Source: Antedon mediterranea
Taxonomy: Eukaryota > Animalia > Echinodermata
Assembly (NCBI RefSeq): GCF_964355755.1
Contig: NC_092678.1
Coordinates: forward strand, 5,410,422-5,474,421
Direction: 5' to 3'
Length of the DNA stretch: 64,000 nt
Shown here: piece after piece, positions 48,636 through 60,392 of the stretch
Layout of the letters: each line of letters opens with the position of its first letter
Position numbering within the stretch: position 1 is the first letter of the stretch
Made by a program: the position numbers and the translations under genes
Notes under the pieces: generated by a model
What the model was told of the DNA's origin: nothing
Databases searched by the model: none
Seen by the model: only the letters and a program-made list of their open reading frames with translations

Positions 48636-51600
48636 ATGTCAAAAGACGAATTTGCAGATTTACTTTCAGATATAAGTAAAGAATATGATGGTGATGAATA
48701 TTTTCAGTTAAGATTTCTGTTAAAGGACCACTGTTCTGGAGCATTATTAGGCAAAAAAAACAACACAGGGCAGACATTATTTAATGAACTCATTGACCGA
48801 CGTCACATTTCTTATCCCCCTACAAATGTGGAGATTCTGATTGAAATTGCTAAACTGACAGAAAAGCCTCAGGTTTTAACTTACCTTAATAATTTTAAAA
48901 AAGAACATGAAAATGCAAATGAAATCAAGGCCAAACCAATTACCGAATTTCGTAGAAATCTTTATAAAGCTGTAACAACAAATGCAGTTGAAGTATCAAG
49001 AATTGCTGCTGCGTACCAGCTGGATCATCATAATTATGGGAATATTTGGGATCTTGTATTCAAGCTTGAAAGAAGCCAACAGTTGGTGGATACAAAAGTG
49101 TCAAAGAAAAGGTTTGCAAAACAACTTGACAAAGAAGCAGGAGATATTTTACTCGGTTGGTAACTTTTTTATATAAAACTATTAAAATAAAATATTAAAC
49201 AATGAAGGTGCAGGCAAAGTAATATTCCTACTGTCCATTTAATGACAAGGATATATAGGGCTTAATGCAAACATATCTATCCTTACATTTTACAGGTAAA
49301 TCCTCTGGTATAGATGAACAAGGCAGTTCTGTGTCATCCACACTGCAGTCTGGTGACCACATGGAAAGAGGCAATATTATTTATTTATCAAAATGATTTA
49401 AGTCAACACTGGTTCTTATAATAATATACAGTAAACATTTTCCAGTTTTCATTTTATTGAAGGACGTTTAGAATTAGGCCTTATCAAAAGATTGGTATAA
49501 AACTACTATGTTCACAGGTGAATCTTCTGGTGTAGATCAACAAGAACATTCCAAAGCATTTGCATCCCAAAATGTTGATCCCATGGAAGAAGGTAAAATA
49601 ATTATTATCATTATCATTCCTATCATTAAAATACAGGCCTTAACTATAACTTATATATGGACACATGAAATCCAATGATTTCATCAATTACTCTGCATTT
49701 GTGGTTTGGTATCTAAATAAACATTTTTAAAATCTTATCAAGCCATGCAACAATAAAATTGGTTTGTTTCACAGGTGGGTCTTAAGTATTAAGACAGTAC
49801 TATTTTTTTTACTTCAATCCATGTCAAGTTCCAAGATAATTCTTGTTCATCATCATTTCTATCATTTTTATCAAAATGTTTTTAAAAAGAATAAATAATT
49901 TCTTTTTACATTTCCAGAACTACATGTTGAGTCCCATCATACAGACGTACAAGATGCATTCAAATCACAGTCAAAAGAATCTATTAAAGACGGTAAAATT
50001 GTACTCTACAAGAGTCACATTATTAATATCATCATCATTATCATTTTAAGTCACGTCAAGTGACCAAGCAGTTAAGGCAGGGGCGCCACAAACCATAGCT
50101 ACAGTATACAATCAGCACAGGTTCAAGGCCCTCCTCGACCATTGTTCTGGTGGTTGAACAAGTCTACTTGGATAAGGACTTAAAACAGAAGGTCCAGTGT
50201 ACACATCTTTTGGAAGAGTAGGGGGTTACCCCGGTGTACTGGTCCATCTTAGCCCTGTTGATGAATGAGCGCTGTTTGGTGGCAGCACTTGACACAAAGA
50301 GAATCTTCGGGGAGAATAAAGTTGTATGTGTTGTATGGTTATTCCCCCACATTTACATTTAAAAGCACAGGTTGATGTTTAAACTGTTTTAATGTTACAT
50401 TTTTAGAACTACATGATTTATATGTTGTCAGTGATGATGATAAATGGGTAAAAAAGACTATAGGCGATCTGAAAAGAAGAAAACCAGATATTCAATGCCT
50501 GAGTCAAAAAGACTGGAACCTTTCATTTAGTGCAGTTGGAAACATGTCAAATCTTACAAAGCAATGTAAGATGGTATTAGTAGGTTTCACATCACGACTA
50601 AAAACTAATGTTTCAAATTATGTTGCTGAACTTATGTTTGAACGATGGCTATATGGGAATAAAAAACTACAACTTATTATAGCAAGAGTAAACAAGGATG
50701 ATGTCATACCAGACTCCTTCAAAGCAGTACCTGCTAACGACAGTTGGGAAAGTGGTTTCTATGATATGATCCTGAACACATTAAATGCAGAAGGTAAAGT
50801 TTCTAAATCTCTTTTTAATAATGTTAACTGTCCCATCCCATACTGTAGAAGTCAAAATAATATTATTAAAAGTTATGCACATGTAAATATTTGCATGTGT
50901 TTTGTATCTTGACTTGGGTACTTGGATTATCAAATTAAAAATATCAATTCTCCTTTTTGTAAAGTATCAAATCAGATTATGATTCAACCAGTTATAATGA
51001 TTTTCATTACACTTTGTGTTTGATAAACAAAACAAACAATTAAATAATTCAATATCTGTATCATTTTAGTTATGAAAGTGAAAGTAAAAAAACAGAATTC
51101 AGAACATGAAATACCTCTTACTTCAAATGTGGAGCAACGGCAAGGCCTGGGAGCATATTTCAAACAAAAATTTGGAGCCTTTTTTGGAGGTCATGGAAGG
51201 GGGTCTATAATCTTCTACCTTTTTGTAAATGATGCCAGCAGTTTGAATAAGTTATGGGAAAGTCATGTCAAGAAAGAGTTAAAGAAAGATCTAGCAGAGA
51301 TATTAGGATATCCTGCAAGTGAATTGGAAACAGAAATAGATGAGCATGAATACCAGGATGTTCTCATAAAACTAAGAGGAAAGGGTAAGTTGAATTTTGA
51401 AGCAAAACTAGAATTACACTTAAAAAACTCTTTTTTAGGCATTTACTGCCAGGAAAAGTAATTTCAGCGTAATAAAAAAATGGCAATTTTAAATGTACAT
51501 ACCGCAGAACAATAATACATGTCGTTTACAGGAACAAATAAATAAACAGGGTGATTTATGTACTAAACTAAAATTAGCACCCTGGGAATTACTTCTGAAA

Positions 51601-54600
51601 GAGAAACTTGTCACAAAATGAGACCAATTGTTTGAGTCAAACTAATTTGTGGATGGGAAAGAGGATGGGTGCAAAGAGGAAAAATTTTTTAATATATTCT
51701 TTATCCTTATTAATTGTTTTCATGTTTTACAAATAATATACCTGTACCACTCACAGTAAAGCACTGCGATTTAATACTTTGTTGAAACTATCACCGTCAT
51801 AGTCGATTGAAATAGTAAAGTACATGTAAACGATACACCACTACGACGTTTATATTTTTTTGCAATTACAGTATTAATTAATACAAACATTGAGAAGCAA
51901 CTGTGAAAAACCTCTATTCGGGCCAAATTATAAATTCTCTTTAATCGTCAATAAATAATTATTTAACTCAACTGAATTAGTAGGCCTAATGGTTTTCAAT
52001 TGTTTCTTAGAGCCAATTTATACTTAAGTTGGTTCCTTAACCCACCACCTTCGTCGTACTGTAGGCCTCTCCTATACTGGCTTTACAACGCTACTCATGC
52101 CATTGAAGGTGGTGTGGGTGGTGGTTTAACTGCAATAATAAAGTTGATTGTACATTCAAAACGTTACAGTAGCTCATTATCCGTTTAAAAAATACCCAAC
52201 CTCTGCAGCACAGATTGAAAGAAATTAATCGAATTGTGTACTTGCTTTTGTGTTATTACGACGTCTGAGGGAATAGACGCTTGTGGAAGAGAGATTGGAA
52301 TTGGGATTCCATTTATAGCTAAGCAATACGTTTATACAAATATATATATTAAATCTATCAAAATACTATTTTTTAAAGAAAATCAGCTTGTCTTCAACAT
52401 AAATGATGCTGTACTAGACAGTGTATACCTCGATCGAAAAACACCCCTATTTGGGGCAAATCGTTGAATCTAAATTCGTTTTAGTTGTCAATAACTAATT
52501 ATCTAACTCAACTTAATAGTAAACAGGATTACATTAGGTGGTTAAAATCAGTGGCGAACGTATGAACCAATTTTATATACCATCGAGTAAAAATTCTAGA
52601 AGTAACGCGCGATTTACTGAATTTTGCCGTAACGCAAATTTATATTTATAGATGCTTATATTTGAAAAGTGGAAATTATTGCATTTTGATACAAGACTGT
52701 TTAACTTTAGTGGAATGTTATGTGAGGCGTGTGGCGCAGTGTGTTGAACGTTTGACTACTGATCGTGAGATTGAGGTTTGAATACAACTCTCGCCGCATT
52801 GCTTGTATCCTGTGTCAAATCTTTTTCTCTCCGCAAATTGTTTTCACAGAACTCGCGAAGGGAGCCCATGTGTGTATACTTCCACTGTTTTAAAATGTTC
52901 CGATAAAAACATTAAAGAACTAAAAAGCAAGTGATGAAAATAGGGTGCATAGCATAAACAAACAATAAAAAAGATAAAAATTCGTCGCCATAATCGCTAG
53001 TGGACAGTTTTATTGGCCGGACATACCTTGACCCTTTCTTACTGGAAGTCAGTATACTGGTTATATTTCTGGATAGTTTTATCGGTAATGATGCAGGCAC
53101 GATGCAGTTATCTATACTGGTATCAGCCGGCACTGCACTATACAATGCACCTTACTAGAATATCGATAATTATAACAAAACAACCTTTACTGCAAATCTT
53201 GTTTAGGTGCAATGAGCCAACAAGTAACTGAAGTTGTAATCCCAACAGCAAGTACTATAAGACATAAGCCTACACAGAGTCTTGCTTCAGTAAGTTTTTA
53301 AATGTATTCACTACTACCATTATTTACAGGTAGACTTACTGTATATGATGCAAAAAATCACCTCTTCACACAGAGCAGCCTGCCAGGCAGGAATAGATAA
53401 CAGTGTAATTGATGTACAAGCTATTGAATTTTAACAAAATACATATGCAGAAGCGTTATATAAATGCACAGTATAAGTCAATCAGCAAACTATTTACGAA
53501 ATTGTCAGTGACATATAAACAAAAACTCATAATACTTGCATGCACACTAGAAATTTTCATCCCCGAGTCCTAAATCAAAATACTGAATTCTTAATCGTTT
53601 ATTATTTTACAGATGTCAAGTCAAGAAGTGCAAGGTACCTGTTGCCAAGACCATCCAGACCACACAGTAGAAAGATTTTGTACAACTTGTAACAAAAGAG
53701 TATGTAGGAGATGTGTTAAGGGTTGTTATAATGATCATCATGGTATCGTTAAAATCAGTAATGCTATAGAAGCATTTAACAAACGAGTAACTGAAGTGAT
53801 CAGGTCAGCTGAAGATGTCAAGCAAGAATTAGAAACTACATTTCATTCTATAATGGACGACAAAGCAGACTTTGAATCACATGTAAAGATGATCAGAGAT
53901 GTTATTAACATGCATAAAGAAACTATTGTTTCTAAAGTTGAAGAAGAAACAAAAAAACTATTGTTGGATCTTGAAGATGTATGTAAGCAAAGGAATGATG
54001 CCATCGAAGGTCAAGTGAAAGAGCTAGAATCACATCAAATGGAAGTGCAAAGTCTGAAGAGGTCAAGTTTAGAAACAATGAACAAACCAGAAAAGACAAA
54101 AACACTTGATGATATCAATACAAATATCCATGCAGTCAACCAAAACATAAAGGAAATGAATTCCAGATACTCATCTTGTGGAAATAATCTCAAACCAAAC
54201 TTCACATTTAATACCGAACTGGATGATGCTCTTGCAAAAGGCCTTGGTGACATCACAAGTATTGATAGTAGGTTCATCATTAACAAAGATGATAGATCCA
54301 TTACAGTATCAAAGGGACAAACATTTGAAGTGAAAGCAGAAAGTCTGGATAAAAGTGATAGATGTAAAGTAGCGGCTACTCTGATAACTCCATCAGGTGA
54401 AAAGATTGCTACGGAGGTAGAACACATGGGAAATGGAGAGTGTAGAATAAAAGCAAGATGTGATAAGGAAGGTGATTGGAAGATGGATGTCATTGCTGGA
54501 GTAGCACACTTTAAAGGATCACCAATGAAGATCAAAGTGGAACCACTAGGACTTGTACATATCATTAACAACATAGATACACACAAAGAAAATAATGACT

Positions 54601-55337
54601 ATAAAGTATCAAATATATTGTTAGACTCTAAATGTTGTATATTAGTATCAAGCAACTGTAATGAGTTATTGAAGTTTACAAAATCAGGTGAATTTGTTGC
54701 AAATATTCATCTGGCGCAACATGCTAACGTCAGTAGAATGCATAACATGAGTAACGGTCACATTGTGTACAGTGATGCAGGAAGACAGATCGTTGTGATG
54801 CTTAATGATAAATATGAAGAATCTACTCAATTCGGTGAAGGGGTATTGAAACATCCGAGGGGGTTGACGGTAAACGATGAAACACAAGTTCTGTATGTTG
54901 CAGACAGTGAGGCTAACTGTGTCTGCATGTTTACTATTAATGATGGCAACCTTCTGGGAAAGATAGATTTGGATCAATTGAAACGTCCATGTGATGTTAC
55001 TTTAACTAGGGAAAATCAGCTAATGATTACTGATATTTTAAATCATAGAATACAAATGTTTGATGCAAATGGTACCTTTATTAAAACACTTGTAAGTGAA
55101 GGTGAAGAAGATGGAAAGGTTATATCTCCCTGTTATATAGTAACAGACATGAATGAAAACATAATAATATCCAGTCAGAAAAAACTACAATTATTTGACA
55201 AAAATGGTGTTTTCCTAAAACGAATAGATACTCTCGATGATAAGCTGACATATCCGTTTGGAATCGTTGTACTTTCCAACAGACCACAAACAATAGCAGT
55301 AGCCGATTTAAACAGTGTTAAAATTTTGAATTACTAA
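48636..55337 (+). CDS. Array copy 4 (intact, ~1084 aa): DED-DED, TIR, TRADD-N-like, B-box, coiled coil, filamin, NHL
   Basis: Exons 48636-49155, 49296-49370 (GC donor), 49518-49592, 49918-49992, 50407-50793, 51070-51384, 53207-53289 and 53613-55337 total 3255 nt in frame. B-box CQDH..FCTTC...CRRC...H followed by ~150 aa of heptad-rich helix. Confidence 0.82.
50055..50350 (+). mobile_element. tRNA-derived SINE in an intron of copy 4
   Basis: A-box-like GTGACCAAGCAGTTAAGG and B-box-like GGTTCAAGGCC; body shared with 26765-26930. Confidence 0.55.
52725..52880 (+). mobile_element. tRNA-derived SINE-like fragment
   Basis: GTGGCGCAGTG (A box) ... GGTTTGAATAC (B-box-like). Confidence 0.4.
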
Positions 55338-55999
55338 ATAGTCTCTTAAAATCTACAGTATATAGATTTAAAAATTTGGCAAACTGCTCAAGAGGAATTG
55401 GTGGGTGAAAAGCAACATAAATTGGAAAAGTTTTCATTTTAGAACTATAGAATAAACATTATGCTACCTTTCATGAAAATAATATATTTAAAAACGTCCA
55501 ATCAAATGACTAGGAATAGTAAATATTAATTATGACAATTTGATAGCTAATACAAATAATGAATAATGTCATGAGTTGGATGGTGAGAATATTTCATTTG
55601 GAAAATTGACTGTTCTATTTTTAAAAGATTTATAGATAGCATGAACAGCAATTTGATCATTGAATACAGATCATTCAAAAACCTCGTGCGGCAAACATTC
55701 TCAAAATTCTCAAAAAAATTAATCAATTAAGTAATAAACTAATTGAAAAAATAGATGTACTGTTGGAACTATCTTTATTCTAAACGTAATGTGAATAATA
55801 ATGTAAGAATACTTTTACTGTACTTATACACCTAAGATCAATATCTAAATATATACATTTACATCTACATGTTTATCAGTGTGTGTATTAAACTCATAAA
55901 ATCAACAAAAAAGCTTGTTTGTATGTTACTTGTTGTCAAAAGTTAAAACTGTACATAAATCTTTTCTACACCCTTCATACTAAATTTGTTAAGACAAGA

Positions 56000-56290
56000 T
56001 GTTTTATGAGTTATAATATAAAGAAGATCATGATATAATAGAATGAGTGATGCTATAGAAGCATTCAACACACAAGTAAACTGAAGTGATCAGGTCAGCT
56101 GAAGATGTCAAGCAAGAAATGGAAACTATATTTCATTCTATAATGGATGAGAAAGCACATTTTCAATCACATGTAAGGATGATCAGAGTTATTGAAGTGC
56201 ACAAAGAAACTATTGTGTCTAACGTTGAAGAAGAAACAGAACAAATATTGTTGGATCTTGAAGATGTATGTAAGGAAAGAAATGAAGAAT
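56000..56290 (+). pseudogene. Orphan fragment of a B-box end/coiled-coil exon (paralog of ~53720-53995), frameshifted
   Basis: VIRSAEDVKQEMETIFHSIMDEKA vs VIRSAEDVKQELETTFHSIMDDKA; extra base at ~56080; no downstream filamin/NHL. Confidence 0.75.
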
Positions 56291-56819
56291 ATTATCTGTA
56301 GCAAATTATGGACAAGGCAATGTGAAAATACTGAATTACTAAACTTGAAGTCAAAATAAGACACATCAAAATGGAAACAAGGGGTGTTAAAATATATAAA
56401 TGTGCAATCATACAATACAATTCTTAAAAGAATACAACTTAACTACTGTATATATATATACTTACAAATAAAAATTAAATATTGATTAATTTACTTAATT
56501 ATTAAGTATTGAAATCAAGAAGTCAATAATTTTTTAGTTTGTATATTGCTTTTATACAATGAGAATAGATTTTTCATGATTTATAATTATTTTGAATAAA
56601 ATCACTTAAAACTTTAATGCAACATTCATACTAAATACATTCTTTGTTACTTGTATGATCAGAATTAAAGTTTTCTGTTTAATCTGTACATTAAATTGTA
56701 AAACATTATTTATATACTACAGTATTTATAGTTTAGTCAAGGACCTGTGAAGTATTTAAAGAGTGAGAATTTAAAAAGTGTACAAAAAATTCATCTGGAA
56801 TTAAAAATGTTCAATGTCC

Positions 56820-59110
56820 AGTGTCCTTACCTTCTTTTTGTTAGTATAGTTAATCTGTTTCATCAATGATTTCACATCTATTTTAACATTGACAAGACTG
56901 TACCTTGACAGTTGCTGTGGGATTGGTTCATCAGGTGCTGTTTCTACTGTGGTAATGGTTTTGGTGGCTGAACAACAATCAATGACTTCTGAAAGTAAAT
57001 GGTTCAAACAGTAAAAAATCCATTCAGTTTGCATCTTTTACAAGCTATATTTTGTGGTGGTCTCTAATTTTAAGGGGGAGGGCATTTAGTGGAGATATAG
57101 CTTGATGTGCTTGGCTTCCAATCCTAGGGTTCAATCCTGACTTAGTGTAAGGGTTATAATTTACTACTCTACTCTCTAAGATAAGATAAGATAAGATAAC
57201 TTTTATTGATCCTCAAAAAGGAAATTCATTGCTCGTCATAATAACAAGAAAACACAATAAAAACAAATATAGCATAAAACCATTCATATAAAAACATCAA
57301 AAATACAAGATAAAATTATCTTCTTGACTTTCTGTTGTTAGTTTATAAACACAATATAGTTTATCCATCCTAGTAATTGACAAGTTACATTAACCCTGTC
57401 ACATCACCTAGCAAACTCAGTTACATTGCCCAGATATGTGTAAAGTCCGGCAATGTGAAAGGGATTGGACTGTATGAAATAAAAAGTGATTGGAAGCATT
57501 TCTACTAGAGGGCACCTTAATTAAAGAGTCTCAATTGGAAGGTGATTCCAATATTTGAAAAGATCTCCTATTTGAGTAAAAACCTTCCTTTGAATCCTCT
57601 TTTGATTTTAGTTTAATAAATATTTAAATGTAATCTAACCTAGAGGGTGTTCTGTGGTGCTTAGTGATTCATTGATGATTTCTTTTGTCTTCTTCATCTT
57701 ATATCTAAAAAAGAATGCAAGCATACAAATGAAATTAAAATTATGATATAAATCTTTGAGGCTATACAATTTACTTGAATTACAAAATAATTGATTGGTT
57801 ATTGTTAAAATTCATCATTACTATATCAGAAAAAAGGGCCAAAATCTACTCACCATAATATTTAAAAATTATGATGAATTTTATTCTCTAAAGACGAGCT
57901 TAATCAACAGTGTGCAGCAACAAGCATTATGTTAATTAACTAAATATACAAGTACTATATGCAGTGTTCTCTTTATTGATCCAATTAAAATCAATTGATC
58001 AATCACTTTTGGTCAATGTTCAAAACTAATAGAGTGTGTATTTAATTCCTGTTAGGAGTCAAGTTATTCCTGTAAATCTTGCTGGCAAAACCTGCTTCAG
58101 AGAACACTGGTATCAGGTCACTTTACATACAACAAAACTACAATTTTAGGTTCAATTTCTTTAAAAATGTTCCTATTCCTATTTAAGCACTACTGTTTGT
58201 AATACATAAAAAGAAAGGTAATTTTCATGAAACCTGCATGTAAATAACTTTAAGATAAATGCCATTTTGTAACTGTAGCGGCGCTATACAGTATTTGGTT
58301 TGGCGCGTCAGTAGCAGAAGAGGTACTAATGAGATGCATCCTTCGTCGCTGCTACTCAATCTTATGCATCAAAAAAGCTTGTTTTTGGTCAACTTGTAAC
58401 TTAACGATTACTGAATTGAAGGTTTGTAATTTATGAGTTTGCGCCATAATTCATTCACTGTAGAATATCTGGGCTTGATGTAGTTTACGAACAATGAGGG
58501 CACCAACACAACAACGCAAACTATGTAAAATTCAGTACTTTTATTCTCTGACTCTGAAAATAGTCTGGTGAATTCCATAGAGTTCCTTACTTTTTAATGG
58601 AACAAATGATTCAAAAATTCAATTTCATCATCTTCCTTTATTGTTCAGAACTTGATTTGAGTATATTCACACCAGGGAGACTTGCATCTCCCTGGTCACA
58701 CACAGGTGGATATTAATTGAAGTGTTTTGTGACAAAATACACAAATGACATACCTTATTTGGGTTAGGCAATTCTGAATGCTGTAGATCACCTGACACTG
58801 TAGATACTATCTGCTTGGATCTTGTTTTATTCTTTGCTAGCGTCCTAGTCCCTTTTTGTCTCTTCTTCTGAATAACACGTTTGGAGGCTGAACTGGGTTT
58901 CTACAAGTGGATTAAGTTAAATGTTGCGCCGTTTCATCATAAAAATACAGCAAATTATAACAAAAACACAGAAAAAACCATTACAGATCTGTCATATATA
59001 CATAGATACAGTAGTAGTAATAATATATGAAGTCAGTGGGCAACTATGGAAGACTAATAAGTAGAATATTACATACTTACTTCATTTATCTTGGTGGCTT
59101 CAGAAAACAG
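56820..59110 (-). pseudogene. Deleted duplicate of the minus-strand gene (40.2-40.8 kb joined to 45.9-46.7 kb equivalents)
   Basis: ORF 56801-57034 resembles 40210-40398; 57750-58150 matches 40460-40830; 58590-59090 matches 45950-46650. Confidence 0.6.
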
Positions 59111-59776
59111 ACTATGTAAAATATAAAAAAATAAATAAGATGTCATGGAATTCAGTCTGATTTTCACAAATTACTAATTTAATAATAAATTAATAATTAC
59201 TAATAGTAAAGTATAATCTAAAGATCGAGAGCTGAGAGTTGTGTTTTTGCTTAAAATTGTTGTTATTTTAAATTGTCTTTGAATTCTATGAAACACAGTT
59301 GTTCAATGTACATTTTGTTTGAATTGGATTAAGATGAAAATCTATTTAGCTTTAATTAATCAATTTAAATAAATGATGTTCTTTATGGTTTGGACTTGCA
59401 AGAGAAGTGTGAATGTAGGCTACTGACAGTAGAAAAACAAAATGGTGGCCTACATAAATATTCAGGGTAAGTTGTTGCTGATGTGTTATTGATGTTTGTT
59501 TTGGTAGTTGTAAAGTGTGCACCTAATGCTATAATGCCTTTACTTTAAATAAGGTAAACTAAATCAAACAAACTTTATTGTTACAAAGACAAATACATTT
59601 TGAATGGTAAATAATGCATTAGAGTTCATACTATGTATTCATACAATTGTTATTCATTACAATAATCACAAAGGTTTGGTACCGAACTGAATGTAATTGA
59701 CCCTTGACCTTCACTACGATTCAATAATCAATCCTTTGTATTACAATAATCAATCCTTTGTAAATTATAAATAGAA

Positions 59777-59786
59777 GGGAAATTCC
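59777..59786 (+). promoter_or_regulatory. NF-kappaB consensus site GGGAAATTCC upstream of copy 5
   Basis: TATAAATAGAAGGGAAATTCCAG; first-exon donor GTAAGT at 59907. Confidence 0.6.
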
Positions 59787-60084
59787 AGGTTTTAAAAGGC
59801 GTACATTTTTTTGGAAATATTATTCTTAGGAAAGAAAAGTAGAATGATATGTACTGTAGTTTACATTCTTTGGACTATTTAGACAAAAGTAAAACTGAAA
59901 GCAACTGTAAGTATAAAGGATCATAATTGTATTTTAACTACTGTTGAGTAGCTTTCCATCAGGGAGTTGAGAGTAATCAGATGTTTGCCCTACTCTGAAG
60001 TAATTTTTTCTTTATACTAAGTGTCATCCTGTTGGTGCAGTAACCACTTTTTACGTAAGCTCGAACCTAACCCTTAACTATCAG

Positions 60085-60155
60085 CGCAAGCTTGGTGGTC
60101 TAGAGGAAAGAAAGCCAGGCTAGTGATCTGAAGGTCATGGGTTCAAGTCCCACCA
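60085..60155 (+). mobile_element. tRNA-derived SINE head
   Basis: TGGTCTAGAGG (A-box-like) and GGTTCAAGTCCC (B box); no complete acceptor stem. Confidence 0.4.
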
Positions 60156-60392
60156 AAAATTATTTTTAGTACATGTTCTCAATGTTCTTAGTGTTATATA
60201 ATATATATATAATAAAACTGGTGTAGAAGTTAATATAATCTTTACAGCATTCAATAATGTATGTATTATAAAATTCATTAGGGCCTATAAATTCCATTTT
60301 AAAATAAAATTTTACTGTGAGGTTATCATTGTTTTGTAAAATAATTACTATCATACTAAAAAATAAATATAAATTTTGTATTATTCCAGAAA

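Noticed and set aside
53613-55337. Naming the NHL ORFs TRIM2/TRIM3/TRIM71 as stand-alone genes
   Set aside because: No RING exon found, each ORF begins at a splice acceptor in frame with upstream exons, and orthology cannot be shown from sequence alone.
60085-60155. Possible tRNA genes (also ~6465, ~50055, ~52725, ~57090)
   Set aside because: Only A/B-box-like motifs without complete cloverleafs; better explained as SINE heads.
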